Shown piece by piece: positions 27,222-41,886 of a stretch of DNA of 64,000 nucleotides. Origin of the DNA: Euprymna scolopes (taxonomy: Eukaryota); the NCBI GenBank assembly GCA_053919585.1, contig CM132798.1; one strand, given 5' to 3'. How positions within the stretch are numbered: the stretch's first letter is position 1; the number at the start of each line of letters is the position of its first letter. Position numbers and translations under genes: made by a program. Under the pieces are notes generated by a model. It did no database searches and was not told the origin of the DNA. It was given only the letters and a program-made list of their open reading frames with translations.

Positions 27222-27330
27222 CTGCTACGAGGTTTTGTCTTATCAGCCATATTCACCGAACCATTCACGAACAGGTATCACTTTTTCAAGCATCTAGATG
27301 CAGCTGAATCGTTATTAAATGACTTTTTCG
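25496..27330 (+). mobile_element. Mariner (cecropia/Hsmar1-like) transposon remnant interrupted by an insertion and a (TA)n tract
   Basis: Left TIR-like TA-tggggttggtgtaaaaataat. MDKIQI from 25691; RWFKKFCKSDENFKDEDGLGRPTAVDNEHLK; LDKWVLQEL (cf. WVPHEL); IVTCD*K. Resumes ~27031 with KYC*IIDDIQQK..PRLVN, then YEVLSYQPYSP..FFKHLD (~27228-27300, cf. HPPYSPDL). Confidence 0.92.
26329..27029. mobile_element. ~700-bp non-coding insertion with TG...CA ends (possible solo LTR)
   Basis: The mariner reading frame stops at 26328 and resumes at ~27030. The insert starts TGTTATGA and ends ACACA. No clean TSD. Confidence 0.5.
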
Positions 27331-29699
27331 CTTCCGTTAAAATACCTTATTTTTCTGATGAGTCAAAAGAGTAAATGGCATATTGACGTAACAATACACA
27401 GTGGTTTCCGCGTTACGAAATAGGTGCTGTATAAATTTTAAACACTTGATACTTTTAAATAAATAAATTGTCAGATGAATAAAAGCCTTGGAATTTGGNN
27501 NNNNNNNNNNNNNNNNNNNNNNNNNNNNNNNNNNNNNNNNNNNNNNNNNNNNNNNNNNNNNNNNNNNNNNNNNNNNNNNNNNNNNNNNNNNNNNNNNNNN
27601 NNNNNNNNNNNNNNNNNNNNNNNNNNNNNNNNNNNNNNNNCGTATGAATATATATTGATAGAAAGATAGATAACTACTGACATATCTACAAGGCGTTTTA
27701 TAGTGTAAAAGTGTTGTTAAAAAAGGTTATGAATCCCTTTGTGTAATACAATGATATATGAAAAACAAAATACTTTTTCTATTAAAAGTATTTTTATTTT
27801 ATACACGTAGAATCGTTATCTGATGTTCATTTCATCTCCGCAATATAATTTTATATTATGTTGTCACTTGATACGTTGTGTACAAGAGAGCTGCACTACA
27901 CAGTAAAATGGTTGTGTGTAATTATACTTTTTTTATGATTTCTTTTTCCAGATCACGAAATTTAATTTTCCTACATTCGATTCCTGGTGAGTTCCCGACA
28001 TGTTAAAGACCTTGTTCCATCAAAGTCGATGCTATCAAAGGCAAGTCTTTTATCAAACAGCGAACCAGTATGAAAGAGGAAAAATTTTCCTTTCGTCGCT
28101 ATTATTATTATTTTTTTTTTGCAAGAAGGAAATTGAATTTTCAGACAAAATATAGAAGACGATTAAATATAAAGTATGACTGATATAAAGAAATGCAAAA
28201 TAGAACAGCAAAAATACTCGTTATTTACAAGAGGCAGCTGAATGAAGGAAACAAAATAAAAAGAAGAAAATTACTTTTATTTCCTTGAACGTTCATTTTC
28301 CTCTTAAATTATAAAATAATAAAAAAATAGCGTGCTGAAAAAATGGGAATGTTATAATTAGAAATAATACAATAAAAATGTATGTGTACAGTCACAACGC
28401 TATCGTCTGTAGCTAATCGTATAGGTTATATCGTTGCAGAAATAGAATTTATTATATGCATTAAAACCTATAATATTAGGAAATATTCCCTGGGTGAATA
28501 CACACATAAATACAGCGTATTAAGTGTATTTATATCAGTGTACATTATGATTTCTTACTCATGGTTTATCACTTTTTGCATATGATAAATACGCAGTTGA
28601 TTTTTCTCCCTAGATACATACATTTTCTCAATAGAAATCTGATCTCATATTTCTCACTTGAAATAAAAAAAAAATGCCTAGGAAGCTAAAATGTTACATT
28701 ATTTATAATTTGGCTTAAACTTTTCAGACTGTTTTCTTTTTACACGAGTAGTTTTATTAGAATCATGTTCAAATACAGTTACAAACTATATTCGTCAATA
28801 CCTTATGTGCAAACAGGCTTAGACATATTTTCTAAGCTAAACTCCTCGAAATAAAACACCGTTAAACAATTAGATACTTGTAGAAATATTTTAACGTTTG
28901 GATATATATTCTGCTTAGTTTAATCGTTTTATAATTTTATTGTAGCAAGTCTTAAACTATCTTATGTAAAGTATCTAATTTTAAGACATCTATATTTAAA
29001 TTATTTATATTTATACAAATACTGCAATACAAGTCATGAAACAGCTGAGAAATGAGATAAAATTACCAATATTGATTCGTTAAATTTATGTGCAGAGACA
29101 AGTAATCAGTAATTTATTATCGCGCTAAAAACTGGCTATATACCATATACGAGGATATGTTACACTACAGCCATCCCTCCTTGATAAATTCGTATTTGGT
29201 AGTTAAACTAATGTTTACAAAATGTGTTGTTTATAACATTGTTAACGGAAATTACGGATTAGGTAAAAACACCCACATCAACCCTTGTCAATATTGGCAT
29301 TCGAAAATTACGCCCCGATACACTCTCTCAATGAAGGTGAAAACCTGTGAAAGCTAGGGTTGCAATCCGAAAAACTTGCCCATATTATGTTATTTCGATA
29401 CATTCTTGAGAAATCGAAACAAATTATGAAGAATTTAAACTTTGGGGAAAAAACTTAACTTTATTATAGACGTGGCTTGTAAAACCCTTGTGAGAAATTG
29501 TATATGAATTTAACGGAGAAGATAAAGAAGCAAACAGGAAATATAAACAGTACTCATGCAGAATGTGAACAGTGCTGGAGTAATGAAATTATTATTTAGT
29601 AACCCATTCTTAGCACTGGGTGGGAGGAATGTAACAGTGATTAGAAACTGCCTATACATTACAGAAGATTCGATATGTTATGTTCATTCATCCCTCGTA

Positions 29700-30700
29700 G
29701 GTTCGTAGGGATATTATTTGCGAGGCAATGTCAGTTTTTATGATGTGATATATACCAGGAAAAAATGATAAAGATGGGAAAACGAAATACAAGTAGAAAT
29801 TGCAGAAAAAACAAATAAAAAACGCCGGTCATCCTGTCATTATGAAAATGTGTTTGTTTACAAACATGTGAGATCAAATAAGTAAACGGCCAAAAAATAT
29901 GAAAAATATGATGAAGAAGACCGTGGGGAAGATAAACAAAAAGAAAGGGAAAATAACGCGTGCGTTTACCTTCCTGTAAGAAAATATGTTTAAGGTTTGC
30001 GTCAGATGCGAAAAAGAGAGGAAGGAGGAGAATAAGAAGCAGACACGTAGCGTGAACAATCTATGAGATAATTTGAGTAAGTTCTATTTAATTGAAGGCA
30101 ACTTGTTATGTTTTTAAGCGTTTGAAAACATACCGGAAAACAGGATTCTGATATTTCAAGAATGCCGGACAGACAATTCGATTGGATGGACTTTTCGAAG
30201 GGAATGTCAACTGTATCTATCGATGACAAAAATACCGTCGGTAAAGTGGTAATATTTGCAAGCAATGTAAATAACTTAACAGGAAATAACAGGAGTGTAT
30301 AAAAAGAAAATAACCAGAGAGTAAAAATTGTGTTACCTGTGTTTACTAAGGCGTTTTTTAGATTGTGATATTCGAAGGAATTTATATAAGATTTTAGTAT
30401 AAAGGACAGATGTGACTGCAAATATTGGCAAATTTACGTAAGATACTGCCTAGCTGTCTGATCGTAAGTGATTTCAATGTTGGGCCTGCATGTGCCAATT
30501 ATAAAGCTGAAAAAACTTCCTAAAATAAATGAATTAATCTGAAACCTTTTGAAGGCTTATTGTCAGCCAAATTCTTGTGAAGGCAAAATGTTATTGCCAG
30601 CGAGAAGTCTATAGCAAATGACTATTGCGATTAAGCAAAGTCATTTGCAACGTTTATTTAACGTAATTGGGAGAAATAAACACAACTATTTGAACAGAAA
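29700..30700 (+). mobile_element. Possible decayed Mutator/MULE transposase remnant
   Basis: Weak traces only: a DG.F-like motif (~30185) and ILANLRKILPSCLIV (~30423-30470, cf. A...FP...I.GC.FH). Confidence 0.25.
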
Positions 30701-33529
30701 ACTGTTTTTAAAATATCCTATTTTTTATTTAAAGACACTACTGAAATGAAACAAATTAATTCATGGAACGGAATTTAATTGGATATGAAAGAGGTCACTG
30801 TGGAATTTTAACAGANNNNNNNNNNNNNNNNNNNNNNNNNNNNNNNNNNNNNNNNNNNNNNNNNNNNNNNNNNNNNNNNNNNNNNNNNNNNNNNNNNNNN
30901 NNNNNNNNNNNNNNNNNNNNNNNNNNNNNNNNNNNNNNNNNNNNNNNNNNNNNNNNNNNNNNNNNNNNNNNNNNNNNNNNNNNNNNNNNNNNNNNNNNNN
31001 NNTTAAGGGAAATCCTCTGGAAATGAATCCCATCCCCTTCCAGAGAGACGTTCATAATCGAAATCAGAATTATTATTATTATTGGCTCAAAAGTAGCTTC
31101 CACACAGGTCATCAAAGATCTATCCTTGTAAACAGCCTGGTGTGTTCCCTGGAACTGAGTGACAACAAGAAAATATTGACCGAAAGGAAAAACAAAAAGA
31201 CTTAGTTAAGAACATAGAGAGAGGGGGTTGTTTTTATACCAATTTAACGCAAGACAATAATCATCTATCGATCGCTTTAATTGTTTGCCGATGTTTAGAG
31301 ATAATTATTGTTGGTACGCCAGCGCGCTAGCGCACCGGCACACCGAGCCGCAGATTTCAATTCACCATTTTGTCTCACCAAAATGTACTTCGGTGCGCCA
31401 AATTTTACTCTGTCATAAAAACGATATCTACATAAGAAAACAACTTAGTTACACAACAAATTAGCATAAAAATACAGTTGAAAAACTAGGTATATTTTTT
31501 AATTCAACAATAAAGCTTACGAGGATATTTGTCTTAGAAAGCAAAACGAACTATTTTGATAGAATTTTCTATGGCGTAGCGCTAAAAGATTTATTCTAGA
31601 GGATAAAATTTAATAAACTAAATTTCTTTTAGAACCTTTTTTACATTTATCTAGCTAATAAAAATTAAATAATATATGAACGACCAAATTTATTATTTAC
31701 AACAAATCCAACTCATGCTAGGGTGATGAGGTTGATTTTTTTTCAAAACAAAACTGATTATTTGGCAAAAAAATGTGTGTGGCTAAAATATTTTTCGAAA
31801 AAATAAAATTGAATAAAATTATTGAATAAATTATTATTTGACGAGAATCTTTATACGTTTTAAATTAAAGAGTTGCAAGATATATGACCACTGGTTAAAA
31901 GTGAAGTCTTTTATAGTGATATATATACAAACAATAAGTTAGCTTTATTTAAAAAAAAATATCAAACTTATCTGACTTGCATAATGTTTTAATTTTTATA
32001 AGATATTACATAGAAATTAATTTAATAGTTTTCTTTAATTTAACATGTATTCGTAATATAAAAGACAACATTATCTTTTAAATATTTTATTTTAAGATTG
32101 TATTTTAAAAGAAAACGAAAAATTCACGATAGACTTGTAAATATTTAAATTAAAGATAATAAACCTTGTTTTTCATAGAGAATTTTATAATTATTGGCAA
32201 GCTAATTGTAAAAATATTTCATGAATATAAACTATATTCAATGTTATTCATTGGGAAACGATTTTAGTGACACGGTACACATAATTTTAACAAAACTTCA
32301 TCCTCGATAAAGAAGTTATTTTTTAAATAATAAACGTGTATTTTTACACCTAACTTATTTTTCTTCGCTAGATAAAATTAACATATATAAGTAAAAGTAC
32401 ACTCCGTTCAATTAAATTCTAAACAAAACTATTTTAGCAGTAGGTCACACATTTTTTCAAGACAAGTCAGTTACTTTTTAGATAAACAATCAATTTCATC
32501 CCCGCCGGAGAAGTTGGATTTAAGAAAAATAGCAAACATGGTGTTTCGTATAAAATTTTGTGTTTATTCGCTTGATAACCGTATCAAAAATTATCGTAAA
32601 TATAAACGTGTTTTCTTTTCAAAGTTATTCTTTAGAGCAAATATTTTAGCGGAACCCCACACAATTTTATCAAATTACGTCGGTTTCATTTTATAAATAA
32701 AACATCTGCGTAATTCTCGTTGCCATATTTTTTTTTAAAATAATGAACGTGGTTTTCATGAGTAATTTATGTTTTATTGCAAGAGAAAAATGTAAAAGCA
32801 TACATTTTTCGGTAGAAGTTTTATTTTGATAGGATAATTTGATACCTAACAACTTTAGACCTAACAAAGTGGCGGATTCAAATTTGGTGGCCTGACCTCC
32901 AGGCGTCCGAAAAAGAACTACTAGATGCTCAGTACATTTTGTTTCCATTAACTCTAAGTCCGATGTGCTGGTAAAGTAATCCTTTAGCAAATTTATACCC
33001 ACAAAGAATGAACATGGTAGAATTGATCACCCAGAGAAGAATTAGTTTTTAGTTGATTACTCTAAAACGCAGGAATATCTCGCAAATAACACCTTACTAA
33101 ACGTTAGATTTATATGTAACACTGTTCCCGCACTTCAAANNNNNNNNNNNNNNNNNNNNNNNNNNNNNNNNNNNNNNNNNNNNNNNNNNNNNNNNNNNNN
33201 NNNNNNNNNNNNNNNNNNNNNNNNNNNNNNNNNNNNNNNNNNNNNNNNNNNNNNNNNNNNNNNNNNNNNNNNNNNNNNNNNNNNNNNNNNNNCAAAACTG
33301 CTCTTATTTGATTGCTATTTATTTTTTCCAGAACGTTATAAATACGCATACTAATGAAAATTGCAATGCTTGTTTTTGTCATTAATTCGCAAATTTATCT
33401 TTATTGTGAAAGAAAAAAAAACGTGTGCATAGCTTTCTAACAGGAGACGGAAACGGACCTTGCGCAGTCGACTCAGTCCCCTCGTTTGTAAAAAAATTAA
33501 AATACGGTTGTTTTTGGTGGCTACTTGCC

Positions 33530-33700
33530 ACCTTCCTATGTTAAGAACAACTTCTGGAATATACACCCAAAATCTCTGCATGTTTAGAACGGCTTTTGGA
33601 ATAGACACTCAAACCCTCCGCATGTTAAGAACGGATTTCGGAGGAGACAACGCCAACCGCCTCATGTTTAGATTGGCGTTCAGAATAGACACCTCCACCA
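33530..33700. repeat. Minisatellite, 42-bp unit, 4 copies
   Basis: atgtt(a/t)agaac...ggaatagacac repeats at ~33538, 33580, 33622 and 33664. Confidence 0.85.
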
Positions 33701-33894
33701 CATCGAAAACACTTGTTTAAAATAAATGAGATTTTCGTAATCAGCATAGTCGAAAACTAAAAGTCGCCATGTCAAAGACAATTGTGGAGTTGGAGCTAAT
33801 GTAAACATTAGCCAATAAAAAAAAAACTAAAAAAATGTTATTGTTTTCTGCATCGAGCGACGCTAGCTAGATAAGTTTAGTTTGTATTCAGAAA

Positions 33895-34400
33895 GATTGT
33901 AATCTGTAAAGAGCGACTACAATCAGTTAATATTTTATATTTTTTTAGCGATGCAAATCGGTTAATATGTTCAACATTACTTTTATCAGCACAATTGTTA
34001 TCTGTAAAGAGCGACTACAATGAGTTAATATGTTTATATTTTGTTTTTTACCGCCGCAAATCGGTTAATATGTTCAACTGTTTAATCAGAACGATTGTAA
34101 TATGTAGAGTGCGGCGACAATCCGTCAACATGTTGAACATTGATGTTTTAACGACGCCAAGCGACTATTATATGCAATGTTGGATTTTTTTTTTAGCAGA
34201 ATGTGTATACATAAAGTGGGATGACAATCGGTTAATATGTTTAATGTTGTCTTTATTTGCGGGACGTCAATTTGTTTATATGTCTATTTTTTTATTCAAC
34301 ACGATTGTTATATATAGAGAGCGACAACTATCGGTTAATATGTTTATTTAATTCAGTTACTTTTTAGCACGATTTTCTTCTATAGAGAGTGACGCGATAA
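33895..34400. repeat. Degenerate tandem array, ~100-bp unit, ~5 copies
   Basis: attgt.at.tgta.agagcgactacaatc.gttaatatgtt recurs at ~33896, 33994, 34094, 34205 and 34304. Confidence 0.85.
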
Positions 34401-35299
34401 TCTATAATTTTTGTAGCGTTCGTTAATTTAGTGGAAAAATGAATTTTGAAATATGCGAAGACTCAGTACATTAAAAATGGGGAGAATTTGAGATGGGGGT
34501 ATTTATTTTTTTTCGGATGAGAAAATTGAAAGATTATGTAAGTTGCAAGTATGTAGTAACCATTTAATGAAAATGCAAGCACAATATTGTGAGAAAATAA
34601 AGAATAAACCTGGTCTTAACAGGTAGCGGGGGAAGAATATAATATCGAGAGAAAAATAGGAAATTCTTTCTATGTACATGTGATTGTCATCGTTTTGCTC
34701 ATCGGAGGTTATGTTGCACTTTATTATCACGAATGAAAGTGGCAGAAATGGTGGCCGTATGCTACATAAGATAGTAGCTGTCAGGGTAGATGTATTGAAT
34801 TTTATATGGCATTTGTTGTTGCAAGCCTACGTTACATTGGTCCGGAAGGGAACTTCTAAAGTCAAAATATTATATATGGAAATTAACGAAAAAGGATAAA
34901 CGCGATTTTCCATTTTCAAGCAATTACCAACAGCATGGAAAACTTAGTGGTAAAAATAAAGTAAAACACAACACCATTTTTCCATATATATTATCGTTAA
35001 ATTGTTACTTCTTTTACCTTACATAGTGTTTAAATGACATATAACCGATTTTGTTTGTTTTAAATTTGGGCCATATTAATGTTCCTTATCAACTTATAGA
35101 TTTGTCTTGTTTTTCATACTAACCATAGGTACGGTTGTTAATATGAAAATAAAGCTATTGATAATGTTTATAAGATTTTACCGTTCGGAGCAGGGTTAGC
35201 AATAAAAATGTATTAACTTACCTTATGTTTAGAATGTCCAAAAATAGAGAATGTTTTGCGTTACATTTATATTCGCAACACTCCTACACTCTAAATTAT

Positions 35300-35341
<42 letters not shown>

Positions 35342-35817
35342 CGTGTGTGTGTGTGTTTTGTGTATGTATGTGTGTGAACCTTTTTATTATATTGAGGACA
35401 AAATCATTATTATTAATCGCTGAACTATTTATTATTCTTTTTGACTTTGCAATATAATTTCAATTTTTTTTAAAACACACACACAGAAAACAAGCAACAC
35501 TTTGAAATAATGCATTTTCTTTTACTCATAATCGATGTAGTCCGCTCATGTAAAAGGAAATAAAGGATTACAAGTAAATAACAGACTAATTAAAAACTAT
35601 ATACAGACGTTTATCGGCCGAGATTGTTCACAGTCATTGTTGGCATAAGGATAAAATGCGTTTAAGAACGAAGTATATTGACTGAATAATTATTGGAACC
35701 GTGCAAAGTAAAAAAAAAAATAGTACGGAACAGAGAAAAAATAACAGAAGAGGAAAAGCAACTTGATCGTACACTCATGAGTAAAAAGTTATGAGCTTAC
35801 TCATTTTGATTGGACAA

Positions 35818-38398
35818 TGGTTAAGTGAAATAAATATCAAATGCCTAAACAATATTCAAATGTGTCTTTGAACCAAGCTTTGCGCATTACACTGACACTT
35901 TCGTGTGTATGCCGTCTGTGTAGATTTGCATGGAAATAAACGGTCATCAGTGACAGACTTATTAACTTTTAATTTTCCTGATTGTTGTAATTAACTGTGC
36001 ATGCGTCTCCAAGGGAAATACACTAAAATATTCTCAGCTTCGAACGTGTACTCTATACCCCCATAGTCAGATTTTTACTGATTATTAAAACAATCAAAAC
36101 ACAATACGGTACTGTAATGTGTAGTCTTATTTGTTATATTTTGTCATTCTTGAAAAAATATTATAATGAAGATATATTTTACTGGTAATAATTTTGTTTA
36201 AACAAACCTACGTCTAAAACAAGTGTTAATAATCTTATTAATAAAACGGATTGCATAGGTGAAAAATATCCTTTTTTTTATTTTTCCAAATTTTATTTGT
36301 GTCGAGTTGTCTTCTTACATTACCTTACATTGACATACTTAAATATCAATAAGTAGAACGGGTTTGCTGAATCTGAATTGCTTTATCAACGGTTACAAAA
36401 ACGAGATATCTGCGTGTGAAGATGGAGTATTGTTGGGATAATGTTTTATTTACCTTGGCCACAGGTATATCAATGGTTCTATTGAATTAAACTCTTTCCT
36501 CGAACAAGTTTACTATTATAACGCAACTAAATCCATAAAGTTTAATAAAGGGTTTATATTATAAACGGGAAAAGAGATCGACAACAACAATAACATCGGA
36601 AAGCTGATGACAGTACATCGTGGTGCTACAAAATGTGAACATTTAGACAATGTCAATATTATTCATACGACGCTTAAAACTGAAACCAAACTACAATCTC
36701 GCTTTCTCAAACTTTATACATAGGCATGACTTTCTAAAGAAATGCATGCCCATGTTTGTCCAGTGAGGCTCAACGATGAATAGTTTACCCAAAGTCTATA
36801 ATAGAACATGATCCTATGAGGCATATTGCTTCAATGTTGGTTCTGCACAACATGAATTTGATAAAGTAAGCTGAGATCTCCACCCGTGTGTTAATGATAT
36901 ACTCTGCATTATGAATTCGTGTCTTTTTTATTTAAATAATGTTTTCGTAGAGTTAGGTGTACTATGAACATTGTATATCTATATTCTTTTGATATACTTA
37001 TTATATTAATAACAATCTGCTCCTTAATGATAATATCTGAATCTATATCAATAGTCTTTATTCTTACCTAGGAATGCCGGGGTGATGAGTAAACTAATAA
37101 GTTTGTTGGTTAAGTGAAATAAATATCAAATGCCTAAACAATATTCAAATGTGTCTTTGAACCAAGCTTTGCGCATTACACTGACACTTTCGTGTGTATG
37201 CCGTCTGTGTAGATTTGCATGGAAATAAACGGTCATCAGTGACAGACTTATTAACTTTTAATTTTCCTGATTGTTGTAATTAACTGTGCATGCGTCTCCA
37301 AGGGAAATACACTAAAATATTCTCAGCTTCGAACGTGTACTCTATACCCCCATAGTCAGATTTTTACTGATTATTAAAACAATCAAAACACAATACGGTA
37401 CTGTAATGTGTAGTCTTATTTGTTATATTTTGTCATTCTTGAAAAAATATTATAATGAAGATATATTTTACTGGTAATAATTTTGTTTAAACAAACCTAC
37501 GTCTAAAACAAGTGTTAATAATCTTATTAATAAAACGGATTGCATAGGTGAAAAATATCCTTTTTTTTATTTTTCCAAATTTTATTTGTGTCGAGTTGTC
37601 TTCTTACATTACCTTACATTGACATACTTAAATATCAATAAGTAGAACGGGTTTGCTGAATCTGAATTGCTTTATCAACGGTTACAAAAACGAGATATCT
37701 GCGTGTGAAGATGGAGTATTGTTGGGATAATGTTTTATTTACCTTGGCCACAGGTATATCAATGGTTCTATTGAATTAAACTCTTTCCTCGAACAAGTTT
37801 ACTATTATAACGCAACTAAATCCATAAAGTTTAATAAAGGGTTTATATTATAAACGGGAAAAGAGATCGACAACAACAATAACATCGGAAAGCTGATGAC
37901 AGTACATCGTGGTGCTACAAAATGTGAACATTTAGACAATGTCAATATTATTCATACGACGCTTAAAACTGAAACCAAACTACAATCTCGCTTTCTCAAA
38001 CTTTATACATAGGCATGACTTTCTAAAGAAATGCATGCCCATGTTTGTCCAGTGAGGCTCAACGATGAATAGTTTACCCAAAGTCTATAATAGAACATGA
38101 TCCTATGAGGCATATTGCTTCAATGTTGGTTCTGCACAACATGAATTTGATAAAGTAAGCTGAGATCTCCACCCGTGTGTTAATGATATACTCTGCATTA
38201 TGAATTCGTGTCTTTTTTATTTAAATAATGTTTTCGTAGAGTTAGGTGTACTATGAACATTGTATATCTATATTCTTTTGATATACTTATTATATTAATA
38301 ACAATCTGCTCCTTAATGATAATATCTGAATCTATATCAATAGTCTTTATTCTTACCTAGGAATGCCGGGGTGATGAGTAAACTAATAAGTTTGTTGG
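35818..38398. repeat. Apparently exact 1289-bp direct tandem duplication
   Basis: 35818-37109 matches 37107-38398 with no difference noticed by eye. 3-bp TGG junction microhomology. Confidence 0.95.
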
Positions 38399-38700
38399 GC
38401 TAAGGTTTGACGAGAACATGTATTGATAAATCGATAGGGCAGCAATGAGAAGTCCTTTGGGGTCAATATTGACTACCGATTGTGTTAGATTTCAGATTGT
38501 AGCTTTTCGAAGCGGATATGCTATGTTCGTTATGCATATGACGATTTTGTCATAGAAGTTGAGGGGTCGTTCAGATAATTAAATTTAGTTCACCTTGCAT
38601 TTTTGTTTACTATAAAGGGTTGTATTAATTGCTAATTACAGTTCTTAGGTGCCCTCGTCGAACGATCGTGTCTTAGTTTTGTTGCCATCATATAAAAACC
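37850..38700 (+). mobile_element. Decayed Penelope-like RT fragment (5' part also present at ~36560-37109 through the duplication)
   Basis: KADD (cf. KADK), SLPKVY..PMRHI..VGSAQHE (cf. GLPKxHK..PLRPI), IDRAAMRSPLGSIL (cf. DGVAMGSPLGP), RY.DD trace, LQFLGALVER (cf. LPFLDVLV). Confidence 0.75.
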
Positions 38701-40719
38701 CTTAATGAAGAGGTCGAAACAATTCGCACTAAATGAGAAAATAAATCTGACCACAACTTTAGTAAATATAGATGTGTTGATTTGCTCTAGTAGTAAACTG
38801 AATATTGAACATCAACGCATAACTAAAATCCTTTGAATTGGGTATCATTTACATACAATTAAAGAATTTTAAATAAAAAAAAATATGTTTTTTATATTTG
38901 GAATGATTTTTACCTCTAAAAATGTCCTGTGTATACGAAACTCTCATGGTTTTGTGTAAACACTCATGAATTTTCACCCGAAATTTCTACGGGAGTTTCG
39001 CGTTGAGGTTTATTGTAATTAAGCGTCGATGTTTTAGATATTGCAGTTTATAGTGTAAATAGTTCGTGTAAGACTGACTACGAAGAACATACCACAGACA
39101 CAGATACCGCCAGAATTCGGGCGTTTACAAGCACATGCGTTTGTTTGTTTTCTTTTTAACATAGCGTGTTCGAAGACACATGAAAACATTTTTCGAGAGA
39201 CTGCTTTTAATTTAATCAACCGGTCTATTTATGCAGAAAGAATTTATATTTATACATTGAAACGCATGCAAACTTAGAGGTGGTCTATTTATTTTTGTTG
39301 TACTATTTAGTCTCATGTTTTAATGAGTTTTAACATCGATTATGGGTTATGAAAACCACAATTTTCGAAGTGTATAATAGTTTCCATTCGCTGTGACTAC
39401 TTTTCATCCGTTATAATATAAATGATATTTTTAAAAAAAGAATAACATTTGTCTGAAATATTAATAACAATCGCATATTTTATAGTACAATGNNNNNNNN
39501 NNNNNNNNNNNNNNNNNNNNNNNNNNNNNNNNNNNNNNNNNNNNNNNNNNNNNNNNNNNNNNNNNNNNNNNNNNNNNNNNNNNNNNNNNNNNNNNNNNNN
39601 NNNNNNNNNNNNNNNNNNNNNNNNNNNNNNNNNNNNNNGTACATACAGCATTCAAGGAAGAGAGACATATTTAATAGGCCAGTTGAAAACAAAACATGTC
39701 TTCTTATTTAAACATCTGACTAAGAATTATATCATATTTCAATCGGAGCTTTTTTTTTAGACATTATCGTATTCCGGGAAGGAGATAAATGTATATTATT
39801 TGTTGGTTGGCTCAACTAATGCTGATAACTTGCTAACTGGTTTAGTACATGAAAAAAATGGATAACATTACTATCGATAGACGTATATGAAAAGGTTAAA
39901 AAAATTCGTATGATACACTTTACATGCTCATTTTATTTTCAGTAATGCATTAAAAGACTACATTATAATATGCTATGTTTAGATTACTATACGTCTAAAC
40001 TATTCCTTGTTATTTACTACGTGAATGATGCTATTAAAATACATTCAGGCAATACCTTGTTGATAGCATGATTGCTTCCACCTTTACGTTAAAATAGAAG
40101 TAAATTATAATATAAAAGAAATGCAAGCATATCTAAATATATTTTACAAAAACAACTGATATATAGAGAGAAAGATTTGGAACAGAAAGAGACACTGAGG
40201 ATAGGAAGACAACGATAGTAATCTTTGATTAAAGGGGTGCTGAAATGAAATAAACACTAAGAAAATTAATTACATTATCATTGCTTTGTATAATGATTGT
40301 TCAGCCGATAGAATTCCTGTGCGTTTCCTTGGAGATTCTGGATAGATAAGAGAGAAAACGCTACGCAAATGTACTTACACTACTACGACGACTAAAAACA
40401 ATAATAAAAAGGTTTGCAATGTGAAAAACCTCATATTAATGAAGTATTCAACGGATTATCTGTGCTTTTAAACTTATCGTTTTGATCATTTCTAAAACGA
40501 CGCTAGAAAAGAGTTAGTAATCCATTATGAGAGAAAGATAATCGGCAAGAAGAAAGTAGAGGCATTAAATGAAACTAGAAATAAGAGTAAATAAATGGAA
40601 AGTCGTTTATAATATAATAAACTCAAAGGAGACACAAAGAATGATATTGTGATATATAGATAATGCAAATACATAGTGAGTGTGAGAAGATAATTTATAA
40701 TATGTGTTTATTAAAAACA

Positions 40720-41430
40720 TAAATGATGATTCATTTTTTTACTATTTTAACAATGCAGATGAAAATTGAAGCCTCCAAGCTGTAAAGCGTGTGGACTGTT
40801 TCTAATATTGAACACTTGTTTTTAAGTGAAGACATATTTACCAACGGTATTAGTTACATTTATTTTGTACGAAATAGACAACTATAGGCTTTGCTTATAT
40901 GTGACCGTAAGAAATAGTAGGAGCAAAGAAAGAAATATTTTTGAGAGTTGACTCTTTTTATGATTACTGTATTCGTTATGTTCGACTCCTTGGCGTGTTA
41001 GCTTTGCGGAAAAAAGTTACATGAATGGACTGAGATTGTAACATTTCTCAGAATATAGAAAATCACATTAAGCATGAAAGACATCTCATCCAATCTTCCA
41101 TGGATTGCTGAGTGAAGAGGTACAGTCGTTTCTAATATTACGTGGTTTACGAGTATATGCTTATTTTTTACATATGACGATTCGCTACGAACATTTTCTT
41201 TCTAAATTTATAACCTCTGCTAATCAGTGGAAGTTATCCACAACACAAGGATAAGTCAACCATGTAATGAGACGAGAAGATATATTGAATATTCTTTGTC
41301 TAAAACAAAAAAAAACAAAAAAATAAGATGATTCAATCTTTCCTTCTGTACCAATGTAGATGCAAATTATGATTTCCAGCTTTGAAGTGAGTGGACATAC
41401 ATATAACACTTGTTTTTAAGTAAAGACAAC
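40720..41430. repeat. Old degenerate direct repeat (~600 bp spacing, possible ~300 bp sub-period)
   Basis: gatgattca at ~40727 and 41328; aacacttgtttttaagt.aagaca at ~40811 and 41405; gtttctaatatt at ~40798 and 41128. Confidence 0.55.
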
Positions 41431-41733
41431 GAATTTATAATATTACTTAGATTTATATTTGTATGTAGCATACAATTACATTTGCATATAAGGAGAAAAA
41501 ACATAAGAAAAATACATTGAGTTGAAAAGCAGAGAAAGAGCACTGACGTTGTTTTTGCAGTATTGTTGAATGTGTGTTCATTTATTTAATTTACAGAATT
41601 ACACTATGGGAATATATTTTAGATTAAAAATAAGTTAAACATGTACCTCAAGGTGTATAATAGTAAATATTTACACCCGTAATTTGTGTGTTTTCTGCAC
41701 ATTATTTGGTTAACAAAACACGCACTCAGATAC

Positions 41734-41787
<54 letters not shown>

Positions 41788-41886
41788 GTACGTGTATATT
41801 TATAGCATTACATAGATTATCTTAATTGTGTAACATTTCTGAAAATTAACTGCCTCTTACGTTTAGGAGACATCATTTGTTTATAA

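Noticed and set aside
27355-27385. CTGATGAGTCAAAAGAGTAAA hammerhead-like sequence
   Set aside because: The GAAA box and stem II are both broken and there is no stem I pairing.
30002-30421. 139-aa minus-strand ORF as a host gene
   Set aside because: No recognisable domain or splice context; it lies antisense to a possible decayed transposase.
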